Below, in pieces: positions 14,632-16,670 of a stretch of DNA of 16,670 bases (position 1 is the stretch's first letter; every line of letters starts with the position of its first letter). The notes under the pieces were generated by a model that saw only the letters and a list, made by a program, of their open reading frames with translations, ran no database searches and was not told where the DNA came from. The translations under genes and the position numbers were made by a program. Origin of the DNA: Candidatus Velthaea sp. (lineage in GTDB: Bacteria > Vulcanimicrobiota > Vulcanimicrobiia > Vulcanimicrobiales > Vulcanimicrobiaceae); assembly GCA_050012475.1 (NCBI GenBank), contig JBEKHC010000104.1:1-16670 (forward strand), given 5' to 3'.

Positions 14632-16323
14632 ATGAACGAACTGCGCACGATCCGGATGCTCGATCCCGAAACCATCGGCCAGATCGCGGCCGGCGAAGTC
14701 ATCGAACGTCCGCTTTCGGTGGTCAAGGAGTTGGTCGAGAACGCGCTCGACGCCGGTGCGACGCGCATCGCGGTCCGCGTTCGCGGCGGCGGGATGACCG
14801 AGATCGAAGTGGCCGACAACGGTTGCGGGATCGCCGGCGCGGAAGTGGCGCTGGCGGTCGCGCGCCACGGGACGAGTAAGTTGAGCGGCGCCGCTGGGCT
14901 CACGCAGATCGGCACGCTGGGTTTTCGCGGCGAGGGGTTGGCTTCGATCGCGGCAATCGCGCGGCTGACGATCGTTTCGCGCACGCCTGTAGCCCAGATC
15001 GCGACCGCCGTCGACGCGCACGCCGAAGCAGTGGGCGAGCCGCGTCCGCTGGCGGGTCCGCCGGGCACGCGCGTCGTCGTTCGCGAACTGTTTGCCAACG
15101 TGCCCGCTCGGCGCGAATACATGCGCTCGCCGGGCGCCGAATTCGCGCGCATCTCGACGTGGCTCGCCACGCTGACGCTGGCGTACCCGCAGGTCGGCTT
15201 CACGCTCGAACACGACGGCCGCGCGGTGTTTGCGTTCGCACCCGGCGACGATCTGGGCTTGCGTTTGACGCATGTTTTCGGGCACGGTGCGCAAGCGATG
15301 GTCGAGGTGCGTGCCGCAGGCGACAGCGACGGTTCGCAGCAGGCCGGTGTCGCGGGCTTCATCAGTTCGCCCGGCGACGACCGGCCCGACCGCCGCGCGC
15401 AAGTGCTGTTCGTCAACGGCCGCTTGTTGCGCAGCACGCTGGTGTCGGGCGCGTGGACCGCCGCGTACCGCACCTTTGCGATGGTCGGGCGGCACCCGTA
15501 CGGCGTGTTATTCTTGCGCGTGCCGCCGCACGAAGTCGATCCCAACGTGCATCCGACCAAGAGCGACGTCCGGCTGCGGCATGGCGATCGCGTGCTGGCC
15601 ATGGTGCGCGATGCGCTCGGGACGGCGTTGCGGCGGGGTGCCGTCGAGCGGCTCGAACGCTCGATCTCACTGAGTCCGCCGCCGCGAACGAGCGCTGGGG
15701 ACAGCGGCGCGGTCTTCACCTGGAGCGATACGTTTGTCGCGCTGCCCGAAACGTCCGCGCTGCGCGTGTTGGCCCAAATCGATCGCACGTATATCCTCGC
15801 CACCGACGGGACCGCGATCGTGCTCATCGATCAGCATGCCGTCCACGAACGCATCGTGTTCGAACAATTACGCGCCAACGCGACGCGCGGCGCGGCCGCC
15901 GAACCACTGCTCGTGCCGCACACCTTCGAGGTCTCGCCCGAACAAGCCGAGCGGCTCGATGCGTCGCTGGACGCGTTGTGCGCCGGCGGTTTGACCGTCG
16001 AAGCCTTCGGCGAACGCGCGTATCGCATCGTCGCGACGCCGGCGCGGCTGGTGCACGCGGGGAAAACGCGAACCTTCGACGTCGCCGATTTCATCGCTGG
16101 TCTCGATGACGAGTGTCGCGGTCTGGACGCAGCGCAGCGCATCTGGGCCTCGCTGGCCTGTCATTCCGTGGTGCGCGCCGGCGAACGGCTGGAGCTGCCG
16201 GAGATGACGGCGCTTGTCGATCGCTTGCAGGGCTGCGAAAACCCGATGCACTGTCCGCACGGCCGGCCGACGATCGTGCGGCTCGAACCCGACGCGGTCG
16301 CGCGGCTCTTCAAGCGCCTCTAG
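14632..16323 (+). CDS. mutL: DNA mismatch repair endonuclease MutL
   Basis: IAAGEVIERP.SVVKELVENALDAGA, DNGCG, TLGFRGEGL.SI, VDPNVHPTK, and the endonuclease motifs DQHAVHERIVFE, ACH, CPHGRP and FKR. Confidence 0.98.
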   Translation: MNELRTIRMLDPETIGQIAAGEVIERPLSVVKELVENALDAGATRIAVRVRGGGMTEIEVADNGCGIAGAEVALAVARHGTSKLSGAAGLTQIGTLGFRGEGLASIAAIARLTIVSRTPVAQIATAVDAHAEAVGEPRPLAGPPGTRVVVRELFANVPARREYMRSPGAEFARISTWLATLTLAYPQVGFTLEHDGRAVFAFAPGDDLGLRLTHVFGHGAQAMVEVRAAGDSDGSQQAGVAGFISSPGDDRPDRRAQVLFVNGRLLRSTLVSGAWTAAYRTFAMVGRHPYGVLFLRVPPHEVDPNVHPTKSDVRLRHGDRVLAMVRDALGTALRRGAVERLERSISLSPPPRTSAGDSGAVFTWSDTFVALPETSALRVLAQIDRTYILATDGTAIVLIDQHAVHERIVFEQLRANATRGAAAEPLLVPHTFEVSPEQAERLDASLDALCAGGLTVEAFGERAYRIVATPARLVHAGKTRTFDVADFIAGLDDECRGLDAAQRIWASLACHSVVRAGERLELPEMTALVDRLQGCENPMHCPHGRPTIVRLEPDAVARLFKRL

Positions 16324-16548
16324 TGTGCTGTGGGCAGTAACGCTTGCTGGCTCTGCGACACGGATCCAGTATGGGAGGCGATATAACTACGTCCAGCGCG
16401 TGAGAAGCGACCTTACTGATCCTCGCTTTGACCTTGCTTCTACCAGGGTGGCGAGCGATGCGCATCATCTTTGGTATGCACCCTCGAAAGAAGATGTGGA
16501 AGCACTGGACGTGTCGCTGGTCGGGAAGCCTCGGCACTTAAGGAGTGA

Positions 16549-16670
16549 ATGTGCCCGGCGACAGGAAAGACGATTCCGGGCCACCTGTCCGGGAACAATC
16601 GAATCGAAACGCGCCGATGGTTTACGCCGTACGAAGTGAAGAAGTTACCACCGTTGAAGGTCATGATGTT
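16549..16670 (+). CDS. Possible 5' end of an unidentified gene running off the window (ATG 16549 or GTG 16551, different frames)
   Basis: A strong SD-like AAGGAG at 16540-16545 is followed by two start codons, and both frames stay open to the window edge. No recognisable motif. Confidence 0.25.
   Translation, partial: MCPATGKTIPGHLSGNNRIETRRWFTPYEVKKLPPLKVMM

Noticed and set aside
16323..16565. Group II intron 5' end (GTGTG at 16323; TGTGCCCGGC at 16550 resembling class IIC starts)
   Set aside because: The matches are short, the following sequence does not continue the domain I pattern, and no reverse transcriptase or domain V is visible in the window.
16546..16593. TGA followed by a hairpin as a selenocysteine codon plus SECIS
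   Set aside because: The frame upstream of the TGA is closed by stops (for example near 16417 and 16429) and shows no selenoprotein-like context.

Overview
High-GC bacterial chromosomal segment made up mostly of housekeeping genes. From left to right: an EamA/DMT transporter (lower GC), pheA, a membrane-anchored TPR protein, a SprT-like zinc metalloprotease, a TauE/SafE-family membrane protein, efp, a long methyl-accepting chemotaxis protein, plsY, der, a secreted PEGA/stalk-domain protein, miaB, an orphan RsbW-like anti-sigma/kinase, a small unknown CxxC protein, mutS and an endonuclease-type mutL. After mutL the sequence switches abruptly to lower-GC DNA that I do not recognise. Gene order (der-plsY, miaB..mutS-mutL) and protein style suggest a Terrabacteria-type lineage such as Vulcanimicrobiota/Eremiobacterota; this is inference only. 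I see no rRNA, tRNA, CRISPR array or intact mobile element. The best candidate for something undescribed is the two-gene insert between miaB and mutS: an RsbW-like gene with a SigB/SigF-type promoter and a lid CxxC, converging on a 98-aa helical-hairpin/CHECGH protein. Other points of note are a probable rare 52H-class chemoreceptor, a PheA whose ESRP feedback motif reads VSRP, and lower-GC segments at both edges.
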